Shown here one piece after another: positions 63,576-64,000 of a DNA stretch of 64,000 nt. This stretch comes from Fistulifera solaris. Its lineage: Eukaryota. Where the stretch lies: the NCBI GenBank assembly GCA_030295235.1, contig AP026132.1:372001-436000 (forward strand). The letters run 5' to 3'. How positions within the stretch are numbered: position 1 is the first letter of the stretch; the number at the start of each line of letters is the position of its first letter. The notes under the pieces are model-generated. The model had not been told where the DNA came from and did no database searches. It saw only the letters and a program-made list of their open reading frames with translations. The position numbers were made by a program, and so were the translations under genes.

Positions 63576-64000
63576 TTAATACAAGTTTGATTGACGTACG
63601 ACAATCGCTGCCGTAGCTATTAACATAGTATTGAGAACGTCATGATGACGATTCCTAAATTGAAGAAGCAACGACAAGGCACACAGATCCCACCGCACTA
63701 CGGTCAGCACGGCACGCAGCGAAGCCACACTGGACACCAACATGAGCCATCGATTGAGTAGCAGCATCGTAGATTGATCCATATGACGACGTTTGACGAG
63801 ACTCTGGAGAAAGAACTCCATGACGTAGCTGGTGTTGAGACACAACCAAAAGATTCTCCACTCAGGAGCGTTCGTCATCGCCACTGGTTTCACGCACAGT
63901 GTCAAATTGAGACCGTGCAATACGACATGTTTGTAGAATAGATATTGTCCTTTCTTGACCTTGTACAAGATCGTTTCCATGGTAGTTCGTTGCTGCAAAG
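63576..64000 (-). CDS. 3' part of a multi-pass membrane protein (truncated by window edge)
   Basis: Open frame to the window end with hydrophobic segments (FYKHVVLHGLN, FWLCLNTSYVMEFFLQSLVKR). Family not recognised. Confidence 0.6.
   Translation of the reverse strand, partial: LQQRTTMETILYKVKKGQYLFYKHVVLHGLNLTLCVKPVAMTNAPEWRIFWLCLNTSYVMEFFLQSLVKRRHMDQSTMLLLNRWLMLVSSVASLRAVLTVVRWDLCALSLLLQFRNRHHDVLNTMLIATAAIVVRQSNLY

Overview
Gene-dense eukaryotic chromosome segment, most likely from a pennate diatom. This is inferred from short GT-AG introns, ASAFAP-type plastid presequences, an APR-B-type APS reductase and stramenopile-like rRNA. It holds about 26 protein-coding genes: an ERCC6L2-like SNF2 helicase, NF-YB, a PHD-SET methyltransferase, an eIF4B-like RRM protein, PIG-A, NDPK, COG7, a MULE-like Zn-finger protein, a SAC phosphatase, a MED17-like protein, a 2-oxoglutarate/malate carrier, an ACC-synthase-like aminotransferase, HPPD, NASP, presenilin, a PPR-like protein, a membrane selenoprotein candidate, fibrillin, ABCB, a TLDc protein, GT34, ABCC, APR-B, an LCMT-GNAT fusion, an HSL-type esterase and one partial gene. 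One complete minus-strand 18S-5.8S-28S rDNA unit lies between these genes, and there is a ~3.7 kb low-GC gene-free island. Many genes are split by 1-nt indels in homopolymers, probably assembly errors. The best lead is a plastid-targeted membrane protein (35436-36208, minus strand) read through an in-frame TGA, with a non-canonical AGGA/GA SECIS-like hairpin in its 3' UTR. Other leads are a candidate centromere, a methyltransferase-acetyltransferase fusion, and an aminotransferase/HPPD gene pair. All assignments come from motif recognition by eye; no searches were run.
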